Made by a program: the position numbers and the translations under genes
Assembly: GCA_965230975.1 (NCBI GenBank)
Contig: OZ246402.1
Coordinates: 928,859 to 992,858 of the forward strand
Length of the DNA stretch: 64,000 nt
Direction: 5' to 3'
From: an uncultured Candidatus Saccharibacteria bacterium
GTDB taxonomy: Bacteria; Patescibacteriota; Dojkabacteria; J137
In this document: one piece after another, positions 50,521 through 59,561 of the stretch
How positions within the stretch are numbered: position 1 is the stretch's first letter
How the letters are laid out: every line of letters starts with the position of its first letter
Notes under the pieces: generated by a model
Told to the model about the DNA's origin: nothing
The model's input: the letters and a program-made list of their open reading frames with translations, nothing else
Database searches by the model: none

Positions 50521-51279
50521 ATGCAAGTAATTGAAGATCCCGCTAATGCTTTGTTGATAGCTAGTAATATCTGTGCAACTTTAAAAGAAAAAAATCTTGA
50601 CCCAAAGCTTGTAGAAACAATTGAGAATTTCATTGCTATAAATTTAAAAGACTATACATTTCTTGCAGAAATAAATTTTAATATCGAAGATACAAGTCAA
50701 AGCACTTCAGGTCAAACACCTGCTTATTTACAACCATGGGACCAACTAAGAACACAATTATTAGCTAAGATTACTTTAGATTTAGAGCTATTTAGTGATT
50801 TGGATAAACTTTTTCGATTTGTAAATATTAATAGAAGGGGAACATTAAACCACATTATTAATCTCACAGGAATTACTTTGGAAGAATTTAAAGCAAAGCC
50901 TATTATTCTAGCTTTATTTATTATCTTTCATGAAATTGGGCACTTAGTTCATCTAAGACTTTACATGATGGGCGAGGGGAAAGAACTTGCAGATCTCAAC
51001 CTAGCTGATGCAATTGGAATATATCAATGGGAATTCTATAACAAGCAACTTCAGCAGTTAGAAAGAAGTTCTACAGACGATAATATTACTAAGATTATTG
51101 GGAATTTACGCCAAGAATTTATTAAGCAGCATGGAGAAATTGTAACCGATGCAGATCAGGAGAAATTTACAAAGTTCTTAGAAACCAAGGATGTTTTTGC
51201 AACAGAAAGAGCTTTTAAAGCAATTACAGTGGAAGAAAAAGCAGATGAATTTGCAGTAAAAGCAATCAAGGATATATAA
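50521..51279 (+). CDS. hypothetical protein (252 aa) with HExxH motif (possible metallopeptidase, ImmA/IrrE-like?)
   Basis: FHEIGHLVHL contains HEIGH. The rest is unrecognised. Confidence 0.4.
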   Translation: MQVIEDPANALLIASNICATLKEKNLDPKLVETIENFIAINLKDYTFLAEINFNIEDTSQSTSGQTPAYLQPWDQLRTQLLAKITLDLELFSDLDKLFRFVNINRRGTLNHIINLTGITLEEFKAKPIILALFIIFHEIGHLVHLRLYMMGEGKELADLNLADAIGIYQWEFYNKQLQQLERSSTDDNITKIIGNLRQEFIKQHGEIVTDADQEKFTKFLETKDVFATERAFKAITVEEKADEFAVKAIKDI

Positions 51280-51308
51280 TCACAAAATCTTATTAATACT
51301 AAACACAC

Positions 51309-51683
51309 ATGCAAACTGAACTAATTCATCAAGAAATTACTTTCACAGAAAAAGAAATCACATTCATTTCCGAGGAAATGTACAGAATTCTAAATGATGG
51401 AGAAATTTTTAACCCCAATATTCAAGTACTTGATCTCTGCAAAGTCTTACGAGAAGCTGTTAGTTTAGAAGATGGCGAAATTGCTTTTAATACTATTTTA
51501 GCTGTCTTAATGAATGAAATATCTCAAGGAGATGCTGTTTCTGATTTGAACGAGGGAAAGAGAAGGTTATTATTAGGCAAACTTGCAACCATTGCTGCAC
51601 ATGACTATAAACTTAGAGGAATTATTCTAAGGCAAGGGGAAGATGTATACACAATAGATGAAATTAAAATACTAGAAAATTAA
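51309..51683 (+). CDS. hypothetical protein (124 aa)
   Basis: ORF with ATG start. No motif recognised. Confidence 0.4.
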   Translation: MQTELIHQEITFTEKEITFISEEMYRILNDGEIFNPNIQVLDLCKVLREAVSLEDGEIAFNTILAVLMNEISQGDAVSDLNEGKRRLLLGKLATIAAHDYKLRGIILRQGEDVYTIDEIKILEN

Positions 51684-51739
51684 GTTTAGATCTAGGTACA
51701 AACCTAATTTAAGAATTATATTTTAATTAAATTACATAT

Positions 51740-52075
51740 ATGAATACACCAGAACAACTTCAACAAAAAGATATTTCGGAATTCGTCGAAACCTACAGAG
51801 GATATCCTTACCTTATGGACTGGGATAAGAACTTAGTTGAGGCTGCTTATGGTTTAATTTATGACGAAGATATTGTATATAAAGAGGGTCTTGCTCCAAG
51901 AAATAAACTCGAGCACTTAAATCAAAGAACATTAGAGCCAGGAAGAACAATCTGTTTAGGAAAAGTAATGAACCCAGGACTAGAAGAATATTATATAGTT
52001 CAGATTTTCGATGGATCGCCAGAACCATTAGTATTGGTGTCTGAAAGAGACCTAATTCCCGAAAAAGAAGCTTAA
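51740..52075 (+). CDS. hypothetical protein (111 aa)
   Basis: ORF with ATG start. No motif recognised. Confidence 0.4.
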   Translation: MNTPEQLQQKDISEFVETYRGYPYLMDWDKNLVEAAYGLIYDEDIVYKEGLAPRNKLEHLNQRTLEPGRTICLGKVMNPGLEEYYIVQIFDGSPEPLVLVSERDLIPEKEA

Positions 52076-52189
52076 TCTTTCACAACAGCAAATACTACAG
52101 AATTTATTAAAGACAGTACTATTCCAAATAATAAATGCAATTGTTATAGACTTTCTTAGCAAATGCATTACACCTCAATTCATTCTTAT

Positions 52190-52879
52190 TCAAGATTTCA
52201 TATCTTCAGAACTAGGATCTATAAACCATAGAACTGGTTGATTTTCAATTTTTCCATCTTGTGTCAATTGAACCAAAGTATTTTGAGGTCCCGCATCAAT
52301 TTCACGTAGACCCAAGCGATATATTTGAGCTTTTAATGCAGCTAATAATTCAGATCTGTACCTAACTAAATATTTCAATTTTTCATTTTCACCAGATTTT
52401 TTGAGTTCAGATTCAATCTCAGAAAACTGCTTTGCGTTATCTATAAATTCCATCACAACACCACAAACCACTTCTCCGTCGTGATTATAAATAAATCCTC
52501 CTTTAATCCTAGGTGTTTTTACTTTGCCTGTAATTTCCGTATCAGTTATGTTGGAACAAGCTTTACTTAATACTAGCAATTGGCTTAACTCTGATGCCAA
52601 AAGTTCTCTGTGGTCTACAAATATAAATGGAGTAATCTTGGATATTTTAAAGGCATTATCACCAACTCTATAAACTTTTCCGCCACTTCCACCACCGTCT
52701 GCAACCAAGGATATTTTTTGATTCGGAATTTGATTTTGTAAACTTTGTAATAAAACTATTGCATCTGATACCCACGTTTGGTCAGAATTGATTGAATATA
52801 GAAATGTTGATTCTAAAGATAGAGGAATAGATTCTAGTGCGCTGATGGTTTCCCGAAATGGTGTTTGATTAATTGACAT
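52190..52879 (-). CDS. hypothetical protein (229 aa) with Gly-rich nucleotide-binding-like loop (possible small kinase-fold protein)
   Basis: LVADGGGSGGKVYRV...AFKISK resembles a kinase G-loop plus Lys. Speculative. Confidence 0.4.
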   Translation of the reverse strand: MSINQTPFRETISALESIPLSLESTFLYSINSDQTWVSDAIVLLQSLQNQIPNQKISLVADGGGSGGKVYRVGDNAFKISKITPFIFVDHRELLASELSQLLVLSKACSNITDTEITGKVKTPRIKGGFIYNHDGEVVCGVVMEFIDNAKQFSEIESELKKSGENEKLKYLVRYRSELLAALKAQIYRLGLREIDAGPQNTLVQLTQDGKIENQPVLWFIDPSSEDMKS

Positions 52880-52885
52880 ATGTTC

Positions 52886-53224
52886 CTATTTCTTTGTAAC
52901 TGCAAACACTACAGAATTTATTAAAGACAATACTATTCCAAAAAGTAGTGCAGGTATAAATCCTGTAACACTAAACCCAGGTACAATTGCATCAGTTAAT
53001 AAAACCATTGCTGCAGTAATTACCAAACTAAATAACCCTAGTGTCAAGAAAGTTATCGGTAAAGTTAATAATTTAATTACAGGTTTGACAATTGAATTTA
53101 CAATTCCTAAAACCACCGCAACAACAAATGCTGCAAAAAAGCCATCTACCGCAACACCTTGAATTAAATATGCAGCAACTAAAACAGCTAAAGTACTTAA
53201 AATTAAATTAATAATAATCTTCAT
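52886..53224 (-). CDS. DUF360/phage-holin-4_2-like four-helix membrane protein (112 aa)
   Basis: The LIQGVAVDGFF...VKPVIKLLTLPITFLTLGLFSLVI...VPGFSVTGF pattern is typical of the YvlD/DUF360 family (recalled). Confidence 0.55.
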   Translation of the reverse strand: MKIIINLILSTLAVLVAAYLIQGVAVDGFFAAFVVAVVLGIVNSIVKPVIKLLTLPITFLTLGLFSLVITAAMVLLTDAIVPGFSVTGFIPALLFGIVLSLINSVVFAVTKK

Positions 53225-53291
53225 AACTGTTATTTAAAATTTATTACTTAATTTTAAGGCAAATATTGATAAAATTAAATACATTTACTTT

Positions 53292-54011
53292 ATGAGTATC
53301 TACAAATCAAACAACTTCGATTTAGAATACTTCTCCTATGGAGATCTTTCTAATAGTCCTATAGTTTTAATACCACCTGGATTAGGACAAGCTTCTCATT
53401 TTGATGATCTGGTTAAGAATCTGGAAGATAAATATTTTGTTATAACAATAAATCTACCAGGGGTTGGCTTATCAGAAAGTGAGAGTGGAGAACTAAAAGA
53501 TTTAGCCCTTTACATTAGTGAACTTTTAAATAAACTTGAGATTAAGAATCCAGCTATACTTGGGGAATCTTACGGTGGGTCTTTGGCTATTGAAATTGAT
53601 AAGTTAATTAAGGTAAAAAAACTTATATTACTTGGTAGTGGAGAGTACTTTAACCCTTTAATTAGATTTATATTGAAATTATTATTCTTACCAGCTTTAA
53701 AGTCTAAAGTTTTAAGAAGGTCTTATGCCAAATTGATTAATCCTTTAGGTATTTTTAACTTTAAGGAATTTAGCGACTTACAATTACTACAAATTAATAA
53801 AAGATGGCTATCAGTTTTAAATTATAAAATTAACGAAGCTAAAAGTAATACGCCGGTTGTTTACTATCTTGCCAATAAAGACATTATAGTCAATAAATTT
53901 TCGACAAAAAAACTTAAAGAAAAGTTTGTACAATTTAAAATCTATTCTGTTAAAGGAAGTCACTTTGAATACGAAAAACGTTACTTAGAAGCTAAACTTG
54001 AACTGATATAA
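53292..54011 (+). CDS. alpha/beta-hydrolase-fold protein (239 aa)
   Basis: Nucleophile elbow GESYGG (GxSxG). The first beta strand and loop pattern fit a small esterase/lipase. Confidence 0.55.
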   Translation: MSIYKSNNFDLEYFSYGDLSNSPIVLIPPGLGQASHFDDLVKNLEDKYFVITINLPGVGLSESESGELKDLALYISELLNKLEIKNPAILGESYGGSLAIEIDKLIKVKKLILLGSGEYFNPLIRFILKLLFLPALKSKVLRRSYAKLINPLGIFNFKEFSDLQLLQINKRWLSVLNYKINEAKSNTPVVYYLANKDIIVNKFSTKKLKEKFVQFKIYSVKGSHFEYEKRYLEAKLELI

Positions 54012-54037
54012 TATCTAAATTTATTAAAATAGATATT

Positions 54038-54442
54038 ATGGCAATCAAAAACCCTGAATTAGTTCCATTATTCAACCAACTAAAATCCATACTTGAACCA
54101 TATGCAAAACACTTTGATGTTCTTGAATCAGAGGGAGCATATCACTTAATCTACACAGGAGAAGTTAAATTTGATAAATATGTACGGGACGAAGTTTATT
54201 TTGCATCTTTAATGATTCAAAAAAACTTTGTAGGGTTTTATTTTATGCCACAATACACTACCCAAAATGGACCGGAATATTTTGCCGGCCAAAATATGCT
54301 AAAACTTTTAAAAGGCAAATCTTGCTATAACATTACTCAAAAAGCTTACACTGAAAATACAAATGTCTTAAAAGAAGAGATTGAAACAATGCTAAAGAAA
54401 GGCTTAGAAAGTTATAAAAAGCTAGGGTGGACTAAGAATTAA
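54038..54442 (+). CDS. hypothetical protein (134 aa), possibly DUF1801-like
   Basis: Weak pattern resemblance only. Confidence 0.35.
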   Translation: MAIKNPELVPLFNQLKSILEPYAKHFDVLESEGAYHLIYTGEVKFDKYVRDEVYFASLMIQKNFVGFYFMPQYTTQNGPEYFAGQNMLKLLKGKSCYNITQKAYTENTNVLKEEIETMLKKGLESYKKLGWTKN

Positions 54443-54444
54443 GT

Positions 54445-55215
54445 TTATTGTTCTTGATTACCAATTAAAGAATCGATGTAGGCTTTATCTGAACTAGTAT
54501 AGTATTTAGGAAGTTTACTAAAAACATCTGCAATAATCTTTAAAAGCTCTTCGTTTGTAACTAAAACTTCTCCACTAAAACCTGGGTCTAACTGTGGAAA
54601 ATCTTGAAGTAAAGTATGCCAATAAATATTTTGCTTTAATCCTAACTTCATTTTACTAAATTCAGCTCTTAATCGAGGATTATCATTAAGCATTGCAGGG
54701 TCTAGATTGAATATGTATCTTATAATGCATTTCTTTACCGAATCATACACTCTGGGAACCAACTCTTTTTTATCTAATTCTTCTTGTTGCTTATTTGTAT
54801 TTATAACATAAGCAGGAACATAATCAACATTTTTATCTAAATTAGAATAAACAAACACCTGATGTCTTCTACCTATTCTTGAAATAACAAGCCAAAAATA
54901 CCTTGCAAATTCTAGGTCTAAATAACTTGCAAATCCCATTGAGCGGGCAATATCTTGTAAATTATGCAACTCGCAAAAATCCAAAAATTCTTTTGGGATT
55001 GGATCAATAAGATCTGATGCTAGTCTGAACTCTAATCTATAATCTACACAAATCAATAAGCCATCCTTAATAAATGCCTTGATAGCCTTAACTAATACTT
55101 TGTTTAACTTTATAAACGTAGTCTCTGTCGGGTTAAGCAAATATCTATCTTTATGATTGCTTGTATTTTGAGAATCAGGCTTTACTGAGTTTTGCTTATT
55201 AAATACCGAAGTCAA
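54445..55215 (-). CDS. hypothetical protein (256 aa)
   Basis: ORF. No motif recognised. Confidence 0.45.
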   Translation of the reverse strand: MTSVFNKQNSVKPDSQNTSNHKDRYLLNPTETTFIKLNKVLVKAIKAFIKDGLLICVDYRLEFRLASDLIDPIPKEFLDFCELHNLQDIARSMGFASYLDLEFARYFWLVISRIGRRHQVFVYSNLDKNVDYVPAYVINTNKQQEELDKKELVPRVYDSVKKCIIRYIFNLDPAMLNDNPRLRAEFSKMKLGLKQNIYWHTLLQDFPQLDPGFSGEVLVTNEELLKIIADVFSKLPKYYTSSDKAYIDSLIGNQEQ

Positions 55216-55276
55216 TTTGAAACTTTAAATCTTATTGTGGGATTTTAACACCTTAGAATATTTATAGACTATACTT

Positions 55277-55762
55277 TTAGTTTGTAGGTGTAGTTATTTT
55301 TTTAATATCAATCTTGGCCTCTAACTGTACCTCCATATTTTGATCCATCCACTCAATAACCTCTTTAAGATTATTTCTATGAGAATTATCAAAAACTTTT
55401 AAACTAAATTTATTTTTTAAGCCTGTTAAACCTAAGCCATAGGTAATAATTGGAGTTATTTTAGATAAGGTTGCTTTATCTTGTGGCACAATTATTGCGT
55501 AAACTCCCCATTTTACTTTTACAAAAGGATTTGAAATAAATTGCAAAATCGAGGTAAGTGGAGGGATTTGATCAACTACATAAATAATTCTAATTCTACC
55601 TTGATCATCTGCTCGTTTTTCACATTCTGCATCAAATTCTTTACCAATACTCAAAAAAAGATCTGTATTATCTGTATTAACTCTAAAAATTTGTGCATTA
55701 TGAAAGTCGTATAAAGTCTCTAAAGATTTAGATTCATCAAATTGTATTGTGTAATCATTCAT
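55277..55762 (-). CDS. hypothetical protein (161 aa)
   Basis: ORF. No motif recognised. Confidence 0.45.
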   Translation of the reverse strand: MNDYTIQFDESKSLETLYDFHNAQIFRVNTDNTDLFLSIGKEFDAECEKRADDQGRIRIIYVVDQIPPLTSILQFISNPFVKVKWGVYAIIVPQDKATLSKITPIITYGLGLTGLKNKFSLKVFDNSHRNNLKEVIEWMDQNMEVQLEAKIDIKKITTPTN

Positions 55763-55878
55763 AAGACCTAATTTAAAACTATAAACTTATATTGTCAATA
55801 TAATACACTGAATTTTAAAAACTAGCTTCAAAATTAAGCAGAAGTATAATAATATAGTTAATATCTATCATTATTTAT

Positions 55879-56499
55879 ATGCCTTTAACAAACGAATATA
55901 CTATAGAAAAAGCAAAAAAAACTGATGCAACCCAAGCTTCCAAACTAATGTACCTTGCATTTGATGATTTATCTCACATACTTTTTGGTACCAAAGATCT
56001 AAATAAAATTGAAAGTTATTTTGCAAAACTTTGGATACAAGATGATGATAGGCTAAGTAGCAGATACTCTCATGTTATAAGAGAAAATGGGAAAGCCATT
56101 GGTTTAATATCCTGTTCAGAAGGAGATTTAACAACTAAACTCATTTGGCCTTCTTTCATAGAATTTTTAAAGGTTGACCCAGGAATAATATTCTTTGCTC
56201 TAAAACACTTAAATTATTTATACTCCATATTCACTGTAAGAGAGGCTTTTGAAGATGAATACTACATTTTTGTTTTAGCAGTAATGCCAGAATACCAAGG
56301 CAAAGGAATTGGGGGAAAATTGATTCAATTTGCAGAAGAAACTGCAAAAAGAAAAGGATTTAAAAAAGTATCTTTGCTTGTAAATGCAAACAATTTAAAT
56401 GCAATAGAGTTTTATGAAAATCATGGATTTAAAAAAGTAGAACTCATTAGCAAAGCTCCGTTAAATAACTACCGAATGGTTAAAGAGCTCTTGGTTTAA
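55879..56499 (+). CDS. GNAT-family N-acetyltransferase (206 aa)
   Basis: Acetyl-CoA-binding motif A region QGKGIGGKLIQFAEETAKRKGFKKVSL. Confidence 0.7.
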   Translation: MPLTNEYTIEKAKKTDATQASKLMYLAFDDLSHILFGTKDLNKIESYFAKLWIQDDDRLSSRYSHVIRENGKAIGLISCSEGDLTTKLIWPSFIEFLKVDPGIIFFALKHLNYLYSIFTVREAFEDEYYIFVLAVMPEYQGKGIGGKLIQFAEETAKRKGFKKVSLLVNANNLNAIEFYENHGFKKVELISKAPLNNYRMVKELLV

Positions 56500-56698
56500 A
56501 CAATCTATTAACGAATAGCATTACCCTGTAATAATTTTAATTATCGATTTCGGGCCACCATATACCAAACCTCTATGCATTTGGTGTGTACCTTAATTCG
56601 AGATTAACTAAAAGACACTAGTTGCTAGACACCTCTCTTTTGTTGGCAAATCTATCAAAGCAGGAATATAATAACCATACATTTTTCAATATCATTCT

Positions 56699-57814
56699 AT
56701 GTTTAAATATCAACTTATTGGCTCTATTTATAGAGCTATTCTTAAGCCCATCTTCTTTAAATTTGACCCGGAATTTGTTCACGATGAAATGACAAGCAGA
56801 GGCAAATTACTTGGGTCCAATCTAGTTACAAAAAAACTAACTAGCCTTGCATTTAACTATAAAAATCCAATGTTAAAGCAAGTTGTAGATGGAGTAGAGT
56901 ATATAAATCCTGTTGGACTTTCTGCAGGTTTTGATAAAAATGCAAAGCTTACAAATATACTTGAAGACGTCAGCTTTGGATTTATGGAGATTGGTTCGGT
57001 TACCCAAAACCCGTATATCGGAAATCCAAAGCCGCGGTTATATCGGTTAAAAAAGTCTAAAGGTCTTGTTGTTTACTATGGACTTATGAACGATGGAGTA
57101 AAGAAAATTACAGAAAGAATTAAAAAATCAAAGCCAGGTAAACTGGTTTTAGGAATTTCAATAGCAAAAACTAATGCAGAATACACATCTACACAAGAGG
57201 GTGGCATTCAAGATTACTATGATTGCCTTAAATATTTAGAAGAGAATCAAATTGGTCAATATTACACAATAAATATCTCTTGCCCTAACACATTTGGAGG
57301 AGAACCTTTTACGACAAAAGAAAAGCTAGAAAAGTTACTTTCTAAACTTTCAGATGTCAAAACTACTAAGCCAGTTTATATAAAAATGCCTATTAACTTA
57401 TCCATAGAAGAGTTTGATAAACTTTTAAAAATTGCTGTAAAGTACAAAATAAATGGAGTGGTGATTGGTAATCTTACAAAAGTTAAAGATCCAAATTTAA
57501 TTAAAGATGAAATTCCACCTCATGTTAAAGGGGGCATTAGTGGCAAGCCAACAGAAATGCTTTGCAACGAATTGATTTCTTACACTTACAAAAATTATGG
57601 CAAGCAACTAATAATAATTGGAGTAGGAGGAATCTTTTCTGCAGAAGATGCATACGAGAAGATTAAAAGAGGTGCAACCTTATTGGAACTAATTACAGGC
57701 ATGATTTTTATGGGGCCACAATTAATTGGAGAAATAAACCATGGGTTAGCAGAACTCTTGAAAAAAGATGGTCATTCAAATATTTCTGAAGCAGTTGGAA
57801 GTTATTACAGGTAA
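56699..57814 (+). CDS. pyrD: dihydroorotate dehydrogenase, class-2-like architecture (N-terminal extension) but with Cys at the catalytic-base position
   Basis: FKFDPEFVHDEM N-terminal extension, GLSAGFDKN, GNPKPRLYRL, NISCPNT (E. coli class 2 has NISSPNT, recalled), GGISGKP, IIGVGGI. Confidence 0.85.
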   Translation: MFKYQLIGSIYRAILKPIFFKFDPEFVHDEMTSRGKLLGSNLVTKKLTSLAFNYKNPMLKQVVDGVEYINPVGLSAGFDKNAKLTNILEDVSFGFMEIGSVTQNPYIGNPKPRLYRLKKSKGLVVYYGLMNDGVKKITERIKKSKPGKLVLGISIAKTNAEYTSTQEGGIQDYYDCLKYLEENQIGQYYTINISCPNTFGGEPFTTKEKLEKLLSKLSDVKTTKPVYIKMPINLSIEEFDKLLKIAVKYKINGVVIGNLTKVKDPNLIKDEIPPHVKGGISGKPTEMLCNELISYTYKNYGKQLIIIGVGGIFSAEDAYEKIKRGATLLELITGMIFMGPQLIGEINHGLAELLKKDGHSNISEAVGSYYR

Positions 57815-58159
57815 TATTATTGATTGTATGCCTTCAACAAGGTCTTTTTTAGCATATATTTTATGGTTGTTCATCCTTTACAGCTCCTATGTATCCTACT
57901 TATGCGCATTCAATTCGTTATGACTCATGAGATCTGAAAATATTAAATATTCTTATAGTTAGCCTAATTGCTGGTACCATTTTGTTAGCTATTGATACCA
58001 AAACTAATGAATAACTTAACATTCTGGTACCAGTTGTAAAAGTAGTTCTTCGATTCAAAATAAAGAGATTTTAGATTGCCCAATAAAAGTATTTCGCTCA
58101 TAAACACTTCAATGCTAAAATCTATAGGATAAAAACTGACTAATTATTACAAAAACATA

Positions 58160-58717
58160 ATGTATCCAAACATAACCTTACAAATTAAAAATCATGTTCC
58201 ATCTTTAGTTTTACAAAAATCTAAAGATGAAAGTAGCAAAATAACCTTAGAAGATGAAAATTTATTAAATATATTTGCAAAACTTGCAAAAGACCTAAAT
58301 CTTATAGAGCAGGAAAGAGAATCAGAAGCGGCTCTCATGGAAGAGTTGTTGTCACTAGCAAGAGAATCTGACGAAACATTTATTTTAGATTACCCTGAAA
58401 TAGAAGATGAAGGTGTGGAGTTTAAATTGAGTAACGCAATTCAAAAGTTTTTAGATAAAAACACTATTAGCGATGTATATCAAGATTTAGAACTTAACCC
58501 AGAAATTCAAGCTGAATTAAATAAAAACAAGAATGCTGATACGTTTGCAAGCGCACTAGATTACCTTTATGTAACAATGGTTGCAAAAGCTTTACTTGCA
58601 GGTTCTGAAATGGGAATTGGAATTGTTAGATTAGATGATGATTCAAAAAACACAAGACTGCAAGAAAAAATGGCAATGGAGCTAGAAAGAATGGGTGTAG
58701 ATTTTATTGTAGAGTAA
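58160..58717 (+). CDS. hypothetical acidic protein (185 aa)
   Basis: ORF with ATG start, strongly acidic. No motif recognised. Confidence 0.45.
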   Translation: MYPNITLQIKNHVPSLVLQKSKDESSKITLEDENLLNIFAKLAKDLNLIEQERESEAALMEELLSLARESDETFILDYPEIEDEGVEFKLSNAIQKFLDKNTISDVYQDLELNPEIQAELNKNKNADTFASALDYLYVTMVAKALLAGSEMGIGIVRLDDDSKNTRLQEKMAMELERMGVDFIVE

Positions 58718-58827
58718 TTTTAGAACAAATCAACATTATCCGCTCCTACTAGTTCTAACTGTTAAGGTTTTTCATACATTTATGAAAAATTTGCGCCAGA
58801 ACACATAGAAAAAACAACATATCGATT

Positions 58828-58835
58828 TGTATAAT
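58828..58835 (+). promoter_or_regulatory. extended -10 element TGTATAAT 6 nt upstream of an ATG
   Basis: TGnTATAAT immediately before ATG 58842. Possible leaderless start. Confidence 0.25.
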
Positions 58836-58841
58836 CTTTCC

Positions 58842-59282
58842 ATGAAAGAAAATCCCACCCTTAGAAAACATACAAATGCTAGCTATATATTCGGGCTAGC
58901 TGAGTATCAAAGTCATCGAAATAAAGTGAAGACTATTTTAAAAATTCTAAACAAACACAATTTAACTTACTTGGAATGGGTAACCCTTCATTTTGCTAAT
59001 AAAAATATGACTTATAAGGAAATGTGCGAATTGCTCGGAGTTCAAAAAAATACACTCTCAAATTATGTAAAAAAACTCGAAAAAAAAGGTTTTATTTTAA
59101 TAGATATGATTTATGAAGATGGGTATGGAAAAACTTTTTCTTTAACAAGGTTTGGAGAGATTACTTTTAAAGAAATTGAAAAAGAGATTTTCAAAATTAT
59201 GAATTACTTCATTAAAAGAGGTAGTTTTTATGGGTTCAAAGAGTATAAGACTTTTCAAGATAACTTTCTTCTAAATAAATAA
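58842..59282 (+). CDS. winged-helix (MarR-like) transcriptional regulator (about 146 aa)
   Basis: LTYLEWVTLHF...YKEMCELLGVQKNTLSNYVKKLEKKGFI fits a MarR-type wHTH. The track start is TTG 58827. Confidence 0.5.
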   Translation: MKENPTLRKHTNASYIFGLAEYQSHRNKVKTILKILNKHNLTYLEWVTLHFANKNMTYKEMCELLGVQKNTLSNYVKKLEKKGFILIDMIYEDGYGKTFSLTRFGEITFKEIEKEIFKIMNYFIKRGSFYGFKEYKTFQDNFLLNK

Positions 59283-59352
59283 TTAGCTTGTAATCACCTG
59301 CTAAAAATATCGGGTAGGTGTAGGTATATCGTTTAGAAACCTATGAAATTTT

Positions 59353-59373
59353 GGTTCGTATTACGAACGAACT
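59353..59373. repeat. copy 3 of the palindromic element (G)GTTCGTATTACGAACGAACT
   Basis: The 20-mer is identical to copies 1 and 2. Lies in the convergent intergenic region between the wHTH gene and the FNR-like gene. Confidence 0.8.
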
Positions 59374-59561
59374 GAATTTTTGGGCATTTGCGGAGGATAA
59401 CGGTAGATCCGTGCTCAAATTATTTACTAGTTAAGTTCCTAAGTAAAGAAAATTCAAGACATAGTTATTAAGATTTTAGAAGAGAAATTCGATTACAAAA
59501 GTCCGACAAAGAATTGTCCATTTAGGAATAAACTTTTTTACGAGATATTTCAGATTTATAG

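Noticed and set aside
57815-58159. Two CTGGTACCA copies in the pyrD downstream spacer
   Set aside because: Only 9 bp, containing the GGTACC palindrome. Two copies of a 9-mer in 350 bp of AT-rich DNA is not compelling.
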